Made by a program: the position numbers and the translations under genes. This document shows, piece after piece, positions 49,556 through 63,200 of a stretch of 64,000 nt of DNA; the first letter of the stretch is position 1, and every line of letters begins with the position of its first letter. This DNA is from Squalus acanthias (lineage: Eukaryota), in NCBI GenBank assembly GCA_030390025.1, contig CM059432.1, forward strand, positions 69,380,001-69,444,000. Reading direction: 5' to 3'. The notes below the pieces were generated by a model. The model had not been told where the DNA came from, did no database searches, and worked only from the letters and a program-made list of their open reading frames with translations.

Positions 49556-51430
49556 ATGACTGCTTCAAGACCAAAGGCATCTCCCAGATTTGATGACGAC
49601 TCCCTCCATGCTCTTGTGGAGGGAGTGAGAGGGCGCCAAGAGTTACTGTTCCCCTCAAATGGACGGAGGAAGCCTCCTCAGCAAACCAAAGCAACCTGGC
49701 TGCAAATTACTGAGGGTGTGAGCGGCAGGTCTTTGTGTGGTCGCACCTGGGTTCAGTGCAGGAATGGTTCAATGACCTGCTACGCACAGCAAAAGTGAGT
49801 ATAACATCACACTTACCTTCAATCTGCTCCCCATCTCCTCTCATCACCAGAACTCTGCATTGTTAACCTACTCCTGCACATCCCACTTTACCCTTACATC
49901 CCTTGCACCCTTAACCATCACTCCCTCTCTATGTACAGAATCACTTCACTATTCTACTATGCACCCCTCACACTCGCTATTACTGTTATGCGATGACAAC
50001 AACTAACAACGCACAGGGAGGGCCCTTGGTATTGGCACCTCACTCCATCTTTGTCTCCCTCTAAGCATCTATGCAATGAATTCTCTACACGCACTCCAAC
50101 ATTCTCGCTCAAACTCCACTTGTGTCCCTCATTGCAGGAAAAGAGAGCCCACAATAAGAGGGAGAGGGGCAGGACAGGAGGAGGGCCACCTTCAATTGCC
50201 CACCTGACCACCGCTGAGGAGGCTGCTCTCGACATCATCGGAGGTGCTGAGGATCTGGAAGTGGGGGACAGTCAGACGGGTGCAGTAGAGCAAGCTGGTG
50301 ACAGAATAGATTTGCAGCCCTCTCAATTAGATTGCATGAGTGACTGATATGGCATCTGATCTTCATACAGATTGAGTTCTGATCATCTGTACAATTCGAT
50401 GTGCCTGCTACGTTAATATCACATGTCTAACTCATGCCTTTACGCCCCCACAGGACCATCGAGAGCCCCCCTCCCCACTGTCCAGGAGGAAGAGCCGGAA
50501 GACACCTCAGAGGAAGCTGCAACCTCTGAGGGCGCAGGGTCAGCAGAATTGAGCACACCCAGCACCAGCGCAGAGACACACACCTCAGTGGGTCATTCGC
50601 GAGACAGATTAGTGTTGTCACCTGGTGTATCACAGCTCACAAGTGAGCATCAGCAGATGGTGGAGACAGGGACAGCAGTGGAGAGTCCTCGTCGGAGGCC
50701 GTAGGGCACTCCTAGCTCTGTTCAGCTGCATGTGGACCCTGTGCCTCTGGGGCCATCCAGAAAGAGAAAACTTCAGCAACAAGTGCAGGAGTCTCTGACA
50801 GGTTTTGTATCCACGGTAACTGTGAGTGTGCAGAGAATGGAAGAGTCCATCTCAAACATAAGCAATGCCATGTTGGAGGCAATGGCACATGAATGTGCCA
50901 CCATGGAGAGGGTGGCAACCTCCTTGGAGGACATAACTCGCCAGACTCAACAGATCATGGTGACTCTTCTAAATAGATGATCTGCTATGCAGAATAGATG
51001 GGCATCTATTGAGGAGAGACACTAGAGGTACATGGACGTCCCCATTATGAGGACTGTCAGTACAGAGATGGGTCCTCATGGCCCCACTGATGTGCAGCAA
51101 GGTGCTCTCCAGCTACTTGCTAGCAGTGAAGTGCGGGTGACCCATGAGAGGGATGTTGGTGGTCGACAACCAGGAAGTGTGGGCTCCTCTCCAAGCGCTC
51201 ACACTCCCATGCCACTGCGGAGCCCTCGGTCAGAGCCCCAGATTCCTCACCCAACTGAGATGGCCGTCTCAGCCCTGCACAGCCGCAGGATGAGCGGACT
51301 GTTGCTGAGCCCTCCCAGACTCCCAAACCCAGAGGACGCCCGCCAAAGGTGTCGAAGCAGGAGCAGCATGAAAGTGAGCAAGGTGCCTCCACATCTGCTG
51401 AAGCCACAGGGGAAGAACCACGTAGTAGAG
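49556..51430 (+). pseudogene. Harbinger Myb/SANT-like DNA-binding protein gene, 3 exons (about 49556-49794, 50138-50297, 50454 onward)
   Basis: Exon 1 MTASRPKASPRFDDDSLHALVEGV...W.QI...RTWVQCR[fs]FNDLLRTAK|gtgagt. Exon 2 cag|EKRAHNKRERGRTGGGPP...AG|gt. Exon 3 cag|GPSRAPLPT. Contains a frameshift and stops. Confidence 0.85.
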
Positions 51431-51476
51431 AAAGTTAACACACAAATAGTCACAAGGGTAGTCACTTGGGTGTTTT

Positions 51477-52341
51477 GATGTAATTTTCTCCAATTAAATA
51501 TTGGGAAGACCGAAGCCATTGTTTTTGGTTCTCGCCACAAACTCCATTCCTTAGCCACTGACTCCATCCCTCTCCCTAACATCTGTCTGTGGCTGAACCA
51601 CACTGTTCACAACCTTGGTGTCATCTTTGACCGTGAAATGAGCTTCCTACCAGATATCCACAGCATAACAAAGACCGCCTACTTCCAACTCCGTAACATC
51701 GCCTGTCTCCGCCCTTGTCTCAGCTCATCCGCTGCTGAAACCCTCATCCATGCCTTTGTTACCTCTAGACTTGACTATTCCAATGCACTCCTGGCTGGCC
51801 TCCCACATTCCACCCTACGTAAACTTGAGGTCATCCAAAACTCAGCTGCCCATGTCCTAACCCGTACCAAGTCCCGTTTGCCCATCACCCCTGTGCTTGC
51901 TGACCTACATTAGGCCCGGTTAAGCAGCACCTCGATTTCAAAATTCTCATCCTTGTTTTCAAAACCCTCCATGGCCTCGCCCCTTCCTATCTCTGTAATC
52001 TCCTTCAGCCCCACAACCCCCCGAGATATCTGCGCTCCTCTAATTCTGCCCTCTTGAGCATCCCTGATTATAATCGCTCAACCTTTGGTGGTCGTGTCTT
52101 CTGTTGCCTCGGCCTTAAGCTCTGGAATTCCCTCCCTAAATCTCTCCGCCTCTCTACCTCTCTTTCCTCCTTTAAGACGCTCCTTAAAACCTACCTCTTT
52201 CACCAAGCTTTTGGTCACCTGCCCTAATTTATCCTTATGTGGATCAGTGTCAAATTTGTTGTCTTAAAATACTCCTGTGCAGCGCGTTGGGACATTTTAC
52301 TACATTAAAGGCGCTATATACATACAAGTTGTTGTTGTTGT
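51477..52341 (+). mobile_element. L2 LINE 3' fragment
   Basis: FLQLNIGKTEAI, AETLIHAFVTSRLDYSNALLAGLP, HITPVL-like motifs. Ends aaaggcgctatatacatacaa(gtt)n. Confidence 0.9.
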
Positions 52342-52508
52342 AATACAAATTGAAGATTACCATCGCCATTTCAATTGTAATAAAGAAATGAGATGGCAAA
52401 CATTCAAAGAGTTGGCCTATGTGTGCCCAGAAATGGAAATGTCACGGTGAGGTGTCAGGGCGCCTTTCATCTGTAATGATGGTGGTGAGAGTAATAGGAA
52501 CCCACAGT

Positions 52509-54436
52509 TGGGGACCAAGAAATTGAAAAAGAAAGGGAAAATGGAATATGAGCACAAACTAGCAAAAAATATAAAGACAGATTGTAAAAGCTTCTATAGG
52601 TATGTGAAAAGGAAAAGACTGGCGAAGGTAAATGTAGGTCCTTTACAGTCCGAGACGGGAGAATTTATAATGGGGAATGAGGAAATGGCAGTGAAATTAA
52701 ATAAATACTTTGTTTCTGTCTTCATGGAGGAAGACACAAAAAACCTCCCAGAAATACGAGAAAACCAAGGGTGTGACAAGAATGAGGAACTTAAAAAAAT
52801 TATTATTAGTAAAAAAACAGTACTAGTTAAATTAATGGGACTAAAAGTCGATAAATCCCAAGGACCGGATGACCTACATCCTAGGGTTTTGAAAGAGGTG
52901 GCCATTGGAATAGTGGACGCATTGGTTGTCATCTTCCAAAATTTTATAGATTCTGGAACGGTTCCTGCAGATTGGAGGACAGCAAATGTAACCCCGCTAT
53001 TTAAGAAAGGAGGGAGAGAGAAAACGGGGAACTACAGACCTGTTAGCCTCACATCAGTAGTTGGGAAAATGCTGGAATCTATTATAAAGGATGCAATAAC
53101 TGGGCACTTAGAAACTAATAGCAAGATTGGGCAGAGTCAACATGGATTTATGAAAGGGAAATCCTGTTTAACAAACCTATTGGAGTTCTTTGAGGATGTA
53201 ACTAGTGGAGTAGACAAAGGGGAACCGGTAGATGTGGTGTATCTGGATTTTCAGAAGGCCTTTGATAAGGTCCCACACAAGAGGTTGGTGAACAAAATTA
53301 GGGCACATGGAATTGGGGGTAATATACTAGCATGGATTGAGAATTGGTTAACAGTCAGAAAACAAAGAGTAGGGATAGACGGGTCTTTTTCAGGATGGCA
53401 GGCTGTGACTAGTGGGGTACCGCAAGGATCGGTTCTTGGGCCCCAGCTATTCACAATCTATATCAATGATTTGGATGAGGGGACTAAATGTAACATTTCC
53501 AAATTTGCCGATGATACAAAGCTAGGTGGCAGTGTCAGTTGCGAAGAGGATGTGAAGAGGCTTCAAGGGGATCTCGATAGGCTCAGTGAGTGGGCGAGAA
53601 CACGGCAGATGGAATATAATGTAGATAAATGTGAAGTTATCTACTTTGGTAGGAAAAACTGAAAGGCAGAATATTTCCTAAATGGTGAAAGATTGGGGAA
53701 TGCAGATGCTCAAAGGGACCTGGGTGTCCTTGTACATGAGTCACTGAAAGTGAATGTGCAGGTGCAGCAAGCCATTAGGAAGGCAAATGGTATGCTGGCC
53801 TTCATTACAAGAGGATTTGAGTACAGGAGTAAAGAAGTCTTACTCCAATTATATAGGGCCTTGATGAGACCACACCTGGAGTACTGTGTACAATTTTGGT
53901 CTCCTTACCTAAGGAAGGATATACATGCCATAGAGGGAGTGCAACGAAGGTTCACGAGATTGATTCGTGGGATGAACGGACTGTCGGATGAGAAGAGATT
54001 GAGTAAACTAGGCCTGTATTCTCTTGAATTCAGAAGAATGAGAGGGGACCTCATTGAAGCATACAAAATTGTTACAGGGCTTGATAGGATGGATGCTGGA
54101 AGAATGTTTTCCTTGGCTGGGGGGTCTAGAACCAGGGGCCACAGCCTCAAGATAAAGGGTAGGCCATTCAGGACTGAGATGAGAAGAAATTTCTTCACAC
54201 AGAGGGTGGTGAATCTTTGGAATTCTCTACCCCAGAGGGCTGTGGAGGCTTAGTCATTGGGTAGATTCAAAACAGAAGTCGATAGATTTCTGACTAGTAA
54301 GGGCATCAAGGGATATGGCAATAGGGCCGGTGAATGGAGTTGAGGCAGAAGATCAGCCATGATCTCATTGAATGGCGGAGCAGGCTCGAAGGGCCGAATG
54401 GCCTACTCCTGCTCCTATTTCTTATGTTCTTATGTT
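52509..54436 (+). mobile_element. CR1 LINE RT fragment, well preserved
   Basis: 384-aa ORF 52508-53662 with a complete RT core (YLDFQKAFDKVPH, GVPQGSVLGP, KFADDTK) and a 186-aa continuation. (ttcttatg)n tail. Confidence 0.95.
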
Positions 54437-54499
54437 TATTGTACAGATGGTGTATGGAGTGTTAAGAAGGTGGCAGCCACATGTGTTTGCTTCATAAAC

Positions 54500-55703
54500 T
54501 TAAGTGAATCTGGCATGGATTAGTGCATCCCTTGCATCACGGCCAGCAATGTGCTTGCGTGCTGGTGGAGCTAGCACATCTGCCTCCGCAAGGTCTTCCT
54601 CCTCCGAGGAGGCTGTGTGCTGAGCCACTTGTTCCTCAGGCAGCGGTAAGCCACGATGCTGTGCGATGTTGTGCAGTGCACAGCAGACCACGATGATTCT
54701 GGAGACCCTGGCTGGTGAGTAATGTAGGGCTCCACCAGATCTGTCGAGGCATCTGAATCGCATTTTGAGTAAGGCGATGGTTTGCTCGATGATGGCTCTG
54801 GTGGAAATGTGGCTCGCATTGTAGCGCTCCTCAGCTTCATTTGATGGCCTCCTCAATGATGTCATTAGCCACGTCTACAGGGGATAGCCCTTGTCTCCAA
54901 GTAGCCATCCAGAAAGTTGGGTTGGTGGACTGAAGAGCTGAGGCACAGTAGACTGCCGCAGGATGAATGAGTCATGGCAACTGCCAGGGAACTTGGCGCA
55001 AACATGCATAATGTTCTTCCTGTGGTTACACACCAGCTGGACATTAAGGGAGTGGAAGCCCTTGCGGTTCACAAATATAGCTGGGTTGTGATGGGGTGCC
55101 CTAATGGCCACATGTGTGCAGTCTACTACGCCCTACACCCTTGGCAAGCCTGCCATATTTGCAAAGCCAACCGCACGTGCGGTTACACTTGCTTCATCCG
55201 TGGAGAATTGGATGTAATTGTGCCTTTGCAAAGAGGGCATCGGTAACCTGCGTGATACAAGTGTGTGTGGCCGACTGTGAGATGTCGCTGATGTCTGCTG
55301 ATGATCCCTGGAAGGACCCTGAAGCAAAAAAATTGAGGGCGGTGATGAATTTGACAGCCACTGGTAAGGAGTGTCCACCCGCTCCTCTGGGCTCCAGGTG
55401 TTGATGCAGCATTGCGCTGATGTCAGCGACTGCTTCTCGCGAAAGTCTCAGCCTGCTTTGGCACTGCTACTCACTCATGTTGAGGAAACTCATCCTCTGC
55501 CTGTAAACCCTGTGTTGTGGGTATCTCCTGCGGTGAGGTGCAGCCCTGCGCTGACGCCCTCTGCACTGTGCAGCATCAGGTGGGTGAGGAGGAGATTGGC
55601 GCTCCTGTTGTTGCTGCTGCTGTTGTGCCTGGTTCTGCTGCTGCCGCGACTGCTCTTCCTCCGATTCTGAGGACCAGGATGAGAGGATATAAATGGTTCC
55701 CAT
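54500..55703 (-). pseudogene. Harbinger DDE transposase (HARBI1-like), full length with stops and one frameshift
   Basis: [97 protein letters not shown]. Confidence 0.95.
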
Positions 55704-58473
55704 TCCACTGGTATATATGTCAGTTGAGGAAGAGATGTTATAAGCGCTCAGGCAATGTGTGGAGAGGGTTTTCCAAGGCGGTCACAGTGAATATGGATCT
55801 CAGATTAACCACTTACAAGCTCAATAGACCTGCAAAAAGTGTTCCAACACCTGAAAAAACAAAGTTCTGTCATCTGAAAGTCAGCCATGTTACAGGTCAG
55901 CTTTTATGCTGCAGGTGCAGCTGTCAAGAATTCGCGTAGTTGCTGAACCCGGCACAATCAGCTGGCGTGTTTTGCGAATGGCGTGGAACACGCTGAAAAT
56001 GTCCTAAAATGGGAAGAGCCTGGTAAAATGGGATTATGTAGGCAGTTAACAAGCTGCTAACTGCCTTAAGTGCCTCTCCCGCCGCTTGGTGGCAGGTCTG
56101 ATCGGGACTCCCAGAGCCAACACTTGGCAAAGTTGCGTGGAGGCGAGTTGACGGCGGGTTCGGAACCTGCCGTCAATCAAAATGAATTTAACCTCTGACC
56201 CGCCTCCAAACCCGCCCTCTGAGCACTGGCAAAATCGCGGCCAACGTGTCCCCCCCCCTTCCCCCCCCCCCCCAATGGTGATGAGTGTGAAAGGAATGGC
56301 TTGGACATTGTAGGGATGCTTTAGGGTGTTGGTGTGGGGTGGTGCCAACCTGGTGCATCATGTGACAGCCAGGGCGTACAGTGTTAAATGAAGCAAATCT
56401 GGACATGGTGAGGCCATCACTAGTGTCCCAGGCAGCAATGGGCACGGGTGATGATGCCCTATGTCCAGTGCAGCATCAGTTGATTGCAGAGAAGGTTGGT
56501 GTGGATGTTGGTGTGGCTGGTGTGCCCGGTGATGCTGGTGTTGGGGCTGATCTTGTTGGGATTCTGAGGACCAAGGTGAGATTTTTTCAAGGGCACTGAT
56601 GTTGATGGAATAGATGGCAGGTGACGTTGAGATGACAGAAGCGATCTGTCAATGTTGAGAGAGGTTGTTCCAATGAGGTGACAGTGGATAGAGAGTTTGC
56701 TCCAAACACTTGCTAGCTGCATAAAGCTCAACCTGTCTTCTAAATGCAGTAAGCAACAGCTTCTAACCTTGGAAAGTGAAGACCTGTGAAATGGGAGCTT
56801 TCATAGACCACAGTAAATTATTCCATGCTGACACAACACTCGACCTATTTAACTAACGTGATCCCCGGGCTCCAGGAAACTCGTGGAAAAGCTGGTAAAA
56901 TGGTAAGTACATGGTAAAATGGTGCTTAACTACCCTTTTAAGTATCTCAATTGGCTGATCCGCCACTTGGTGTCGGGTCTGTTCAGGGATGACAGACCCG
57001 ACACTTGGGAAACTGACAAGGAGGCGGGTTTACAGCGGGATACCGATTCCCTGTTAATCTTTTTTGATTTTGACAACGGACCTGCCTCCAAACCCACACT
57101 CTGAGCGCTGGCAAAATTCCGGCCTCAAACTTGGGCTTTACATTCTGGAAAGGAGCTGTCTGAGAGGTGATCTTATAGAGATATATGCAATAGTGAGTGG
57201 TATGGAAAAGATTAATTCAGAATATAGTTTAATTAAACTGTGGGAGTAGCCCAAGAGGACACAGGTTAAAACTGGTAAAAGCTACCTTTAGGACTAATAT
57301 CAGGAAGTTCTTCACACAGAGCCTGATTAACACGTGGAATGGACTTCTAAGCAAAGTGATGGAGTCAAAAACCCGAACATCATTTAAAAAATAATTTGTT
57401 ACAGCAATGGTTGGAGTATAGGATTGTTCTGGATAGATAAGATAGGCCAAATGGCCTTCCTCATCTGTAAGTATTTTGTGATCTTGTGTTGATGTACACG
57501 AGTGAGAGGTGTGGCACTGAGGTCTGAGAGCAGAAGTTACTCAGGTCCAGGAATGGTTAGTCCAGTACTGAGATCTTGAAGCTAGTGGTCTGGGAGAATG
57601 AACAGAAGATGGGAACAGACAAACATGAAAACAGTGACTACAACTGTGGCCACTCGGAGTAGTTATTAGGAACTTTATAAGGGGGGAATAATAGGCACAT
57701 GAAGTGCCCAAAAAAAGGATAGATCTCTTTAGCGAAACAGTCTCAGAGCATAGTCCAACACAGCAGAGCTAATAACTGAGTCATCAGTGTTAATGTAATC
57801 ATTATGCAATGAATAATCTTAATTTTATGTCTTTATCAGCTCTGAAAAAAGCCCATCTTAGACATATGTCCTAGGCTCGGTGAGAAACCAAGATGTGTAT
57901 CAAAATCATTTTGAAGAACTATTTTGGGTGGTTTCATTGGTTTGTTCTGTACTAATTGCTGATACCTCATTGGTAGCTTTGTGGCGCTTGCAGCTTGGTA
58001 TTTGGTATGTTTTTCTACTGCTTGCTAGTTGTTCATTATTTGTTAAGCTATCTGTATCGTCATATTCAGCATGGTTCAGTTAATACAGGATTATTTGGCC
58101 CACAGATGCCGTCCATGTGTGACAGATACTTTGCCAGTGTGATGCTGTGTAAGATTATCCGTGTAGCACACACATGTCAAATGCATGATGTTTAAATATA
58201 TTGATATATGTTACATTCTTCTGGGATGTAAAATAAAGTACTTATAATTCGAAATCAACCGAACTGTGCCTTACTAATACTTACTATCATGCTACACGTA
58301 TTTTTCCATGGAAAACTTCAAACAATACTATGAGTGTATTCAAGTCACAACTACCTTTTAATTTAGAGTATATTTATCTTCAGACTTGAGGGGCCGAATT
58401 TTTGTGGCGGTTGCACCCCACGTACAGCAATTCATGAGGCATAATGAACTAGAAAAAGGGGAGAAGACCCATA

Positions 58474-59367
58474 GGGGGAAAAATTCAGTTGGTTGCGCCT
58501 CCCGTTAGCACCTTAAGAGGGCGCTAATGGGGCGCAAAGCATCTAGCGCCCAGGCGCGGCGAAGTTTGCGCCGCTCGCGAAATTAACTAGACATTTTTGC
58601 GGCGGCGCTAAACACTACCGCCACGATCTCCTGCGCCGGCAGATCGTGACGTCAGTCGAGTGCGCAACGCCCCGGTAACGCCCCGGAGTGGAAATTCAGT
58701 GGCGCCCCCTGCCTTACCGCCTGACGCTAGCAACGACAGGTTGAGGGGAGCGTTCTGCAGTCATGAAGGGAAAGGGGGAGCGCTATTTAAAGGTGACCGC
58801 TTCCTGCCTTTTATTGTTGGTGCCATTTTTGAACTACGCATTCTGAGAGAGAGAGAGAGAGACTTCTGGAGAGATTCAACGTTGTGTGAAGGAGTTTTGG
58901 GTACTGAGCAGCACTTTGCAGGTTCATTTTGATCTGCCATTCCTTGTATCGATTTAGAAGAGTCTGTGGGGGCTGCACTCTGAGCTCTTTGCCTGGTACT
59001 CTCCATTGTTCTTTCCAGCAGATTTGATGTGCAGGTCTCTCCAGGCCGAGATTCAAGGCTGCAATGAGCAGGATGTGGATGGAAAGCAAGATTAACCATC
59101 CCCTTTAAGAACTGGCCCGGGCGATTGTGTGTGTGTTCCATTGCTGACTGACATCACATGAGCTTCGCCAGCGCTCTGAGGTAGCGCCTCGCTCCTCGGC
59201 CTTTGCGCCTTAAGACAGGTGTGAAGCGCCTGATTTAGCGCTCCAATCACCTCCAGGGGCGATAAAAGTCAAGTTTGCAGTCGGTGGCGATAATTAGCGC
59301 CAGGCGCTAATCTTTGCGCCCGGCCGATAATTGCGCCCCAAATGGGGCGATACTGAATTTCTCCCCC
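58474..59367. mobile_element. Harbinger-type MITE family K
   Basis: TIRs gggggaaaaattcag and ctgaatttctccccc. Perfect ATA TSD. Confidence 0.92.
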
Positions 59368-59547
59368 ATAATGCTAGGTGTCCATGCCTTTTGCATATCT
59401 ACCTGAAATTCCTGAGAATTGGGGGTAAGGTTGGAGCAGAAGCCACACAAAAGGAGTGAATGGGCCTAAATTTGGAGCAGGACCTGTTTCTCTTGCACTT
59501 TTTTTTAATGTTTCGAAATTGCACCGGATTTGGGGTGGGCGCTTATT

Positions 59548-60290
59548 GGTGCAGAAATTCCGATCCCTACGGGTGTGTACGCGCTGTGTACTCACCCGTA
59601 GGGACATTGGAAATGCCGGTTTCAGGCATGCACTGTGCATGCGCTGGAAACCGGCATTTCCGCTCTGTCAAGAAAGCTCTTGACAGATCCTCCGGCTGCC
59701 CTGGAGCAGGTCCTCTGCGGGCGGAGAGTTCCGCTTTTTGGAGACCCTCCGCCCGCAGAAAACACTTACAACACTTACAGTAAGGCCTGCTTTTACCAGG
59801 ATAAGAGTTGAAAAAAAGTTTTAAAAAAATGTTTCCACTGATTTATCATTTAAAAATACTTTAAAGAAAGGTAAGTTTATTTTTAGCCCCGTTAAAAACT
59901 TTAATTATTTTTTTCAAAAAAAAATAATTTTTGTTTAAAATACTTAATTTATTGTAATTTAAAGTCATTTAAAAAATGTGATTTAAAAAAAAAATTATTT
60001 AAAGTTTTACTATGTTTTGGGGGTGATCTCTATTAATATATTTGACAGGTCTTCCTGTCAAATGTATGAAGGGAGATTCCCTTCTCTGATTGGCTCCCCA
60101 TGGCCCACATGATCCCAGGGACGCTGCGATCCGCCTGCGCCTCTGGGATACGTGGGCCCTGCGCACCGGCAGTTTGGAGAGGCCCAGCAGCGGAACTCTG
60201 CGCCTCCTGGGAGCCCTCCGGTCTTGGCGCAGATTTTTCCAGATCGCAGCCCTCCGCCTGCGGGAGGCCTGCGATCGGAATATCTGGGCC
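59548..60290. mobile_element. Harbinger-type MITE family H, intact
   Basis: Termini ggtgcagaaattcc and ggaatatctgggcc. Perfect ATT TSD (59545-59547, 60291-60293). Confidence 0.9.
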
Positions 60291-63200
60291 ATTGTCTTTC
60301 CCACCCCCATGTGAACATCACTAGAAGAGACAGGGCTGGTGGAATGATACCACCCATTAGAAGTTCTGTCAGTTCTGCCTCATGTGCACCCTACTGCTAG
60401 AATCAAATCTTGGTGGAAATGGGGCCTACAGCTGCCTAAAATGCTAGTTTCCAACTCCAATCAATCACAGAGCAATCAATTTTCATTTGTAAAGAGGCAA
60501 CTTATAATTTCTGCATTTTTCTGTATCTGACGTTTTCTTTGGCTGGAAAGACTTGCCCTTTAATATAGCCTGCAAATTCCTGGCCACCTGTGGGTCAGAC
60601 ACCTGTTATGTTGGACATTGTGTGGGCACCTGCCTCAATCTAAATGACCCAAACCCTAAGATTTGGGTTCGGGTCAGAGCCACAACAAACTGACAGCCAC
60701 AAGACACACTCCATTAAACTTCTGGTGGTGGATTGAGGCTCAATCTGGCCCAATCTTTCTATGAAAGTGTGGGGAGTTGGATGGTGTCCCTGTGAAGTGG
60801 AGGAGATTGAGTGCCTTTGTGAACTGGAGCATTAGGGCACTGAATGTGGGAGAGTGACTGTTGACGTAACGTTTGGGCAAGTGATAGTCTGGTTAGTTTG
60901 TTCAAAATCCAAATGTCATTTTTCCTCTTTTTAATAATAAAAATTCTATTAATTGTGATGTATAATTAATTATGTTTTATATATAATTTGAATGCAACAA
61001 TTCAACATTTTCCAGGGAAACATGCCTCCCAAGCACCCCCCATCCACAACACTCTTAGAAATGTACCATCAATCTTGCACATTCAACAGTTGGATTTCCC
61101 CTTCAGGCTTTCATTTACTCAATGTTTTTTTCCCTTTCAATACAAGTGAAGGAACAGTGTGTTTACTTACTGCTTCAGTTAGAAAGCCCATGTAACTATT
61201 TGTTTTCACATGTCAGGACCATTTTTGAGTTGTCAGCATTTTGGGAGCTGTGTCAGTTTTTTTAAGCTGTTGTTCAGCTTTGCTGGTTTTCTAGGTTGGT
61301 ATGTATGGACATTATGAAAGTCCGTGCTCAATCACCAGGCAAATATCTTCATTTTAAGGCCCGTCATCAATATTTGAGCCAAAAAGGCAAGTCTCAGCAT
61401 GGCTCCAGTTTAATTAAAACTATTCTTTGCAGCTTTGGCTCATGATATCTCTGCAGTATCCCAGGACATTAACTGAACACAAGTATAATGAGGTGCATAC
61501 ATTCACACAGGTAATTATTAAGCACACCACTAGCTAAGGTTTCAGATTTTGCTGGAATGCTGCACACTGTACAACTTATCCCTACAAAGAGGCATCATCA
61601 TGGAGGTCCCAGAAGGATAAAGTACCCAAGTGCAGCCAGAGACCTGCTAGAGAACTAGGAGCAGCCTGAAGAGGTTGTGAAAAGAACCTGGTGCCGGCTG
61701 TTACAGAAATTTATGCAGCTTTCATAAGGAACTTTCTCTTAACTTGGAAATGTGCCCACTGCATTGAATGTTCTGTCTTCTCCATGCCTGGCATACATAA
61801 GAATTTGCCTACATTACCTTCCATTTGCAACACAACTCATAAATTTGCTATTCATGCTACCAGATGAAACCTGCTCCCAAATGGTGCTTCCCATTGGTGG
61901 CATTAGGTGTTCTTAAGCTTAGTCAGGTGCTTCTTCTAGATGCCACCTGGGGGGCAGGAGTGCATGAGCTGATTACTGTTGTGTGCTAATAGGAGCCCTT
62001 TGGGATTAATGTGGCGACAACTACCAGCAGCTGAAGCCTGATATGGACCTGCTGCAGACTGCACCGCTTGTGCAATTGCTTGAGCAACTTGGCCCTCTGT
62101 GTTTCTGCTAGCTGTGCATGTATCAAAAGAAATCTGCAGGGGCTGGCATCCTGAAAGACAGCACCATGAATAGTTCTCATTCCTGCCATACTGCTGCCAC
62201 TGGGCACTGTATCACATTAGCCACTGATCTGCTTGAAAGCAGATTTATTGGTCCCACTAGATCAGTAAAGCCCTCTCTCAGGGTTCTCTCTAACTGTATC
62301 CCAATCCAATGGAGGACAGAATAGATAACCACTTCCAATTAGGCCTCTAAGGCTGAAATCTGAACATCTGTGAGAATAACTCAACTGCACTTAGAGCCAT
62401 TGGAATTTGCATGAAAAAGAGGTTGAGTAGGATCAGGTGGGATGCAAGGATCCTAGGTTATATAACAGGAGGAGGACGCTTGCCTGTTGTGACCCTTCCA
62501 ATGGCATCTATTGTAAGTGGCAAACTCATATGGACTTGTCTGAAGAACATGACATGAAGAATTAGATTCACCAGAGAAATGGTGACAGAGTAGTGCAACT
62601 CTGCTTCAGTTGACCTTCAAACACGAGGGCAGCCATGGCAAGGTGAGTGACTGTTAAAGACACCTCAGCTGTGAAATTTGTCACCTCAGGCTCTTTCCAG
62701 TCTGGCACAGGGGATGTCAACAACAATAGTCAGTCATTTTTCCGATTAACAGCCAACAAAAACGTGAGAGAGCCCTAAGGTTTTTCCAAATCTCTGGATC
62801 CCTAAAGTTCAGGTTATCACTGACTGGATACATTTAGCCCTACATGCTTCTGCACACAATAATGGAATATCCATAAACTGAGAGGGCTATCACTCTGTCA
62901 ATGTGCAGGTAGTCTGCAACCATGTCATGGGAACACCATCACTTACAAGTTAATCTCCAAGTCACACACCATCCATATGTAGACATGTATTGCCATTTGA
63001 TCTTCATTGCTAGGTCAAAATCCTAGAACTTCTTCCAAACATTGGGTTCCCAACCCTTCAGCTTTGAGCAGGGGTCTACTGGAATGGGCGATTGGTCTCC
63101 CGAGTGCTGCTGCTGGCCACTCGGGAGAAATGGTGCGGTTCACGCACACACGGTAACTGGACTCTCGTGGCTTGTAACCAAACCGTGTTATCTGAGCCTT

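Larger units (their letters stand above)
49285..56242. mobile_element. Near-complete autonomous-type PIF/Harbinger transposon
   Basis: Perfect 12-bp TIR ggccgcgatttt/aaaatcgcggcc and perfect AAC TSD (49282-49284, 56243-56245). Convergent Myb-like and transposase genes. Confidence 0.93.
48392..57124. mobile_element. Outer Harbinger (internally deleted), host to the inner Harbinger
   Basis: TIRs ggccgcgatttggccag and ctggcaaaattccggcc. Myb-like exon MAAPRLSHDSLHMLIEGV...RRTWLQWRKPFNDL at about 48692-48900. Transposase-side remnants on the minus strand at 56350-56620. Confidence 0.8.
48275..57480 (+). mobile_element. Old CR1 3' fragment split by nested Harbingers (halves about 48275-48391 and 57125-57480)
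   Basis: LEAVQRRV..LNYEERL on the left continues as KLGLYILERSCLRGDLIEIY on the right. Confidence 0.8.

Noticed and set aside
54500..55703. Domesticated host HARBI1 gene
   Set aside because: It has stops and a frameshift and lies within TIRs and a TSD next to a Myb-like partner, so it is a transposon copy.
58474..60290. Segmental duplication of 6444-7983
   Set aside because: Different arrangement (adjacent versus nested), unrelated flanks and independent TSDs.
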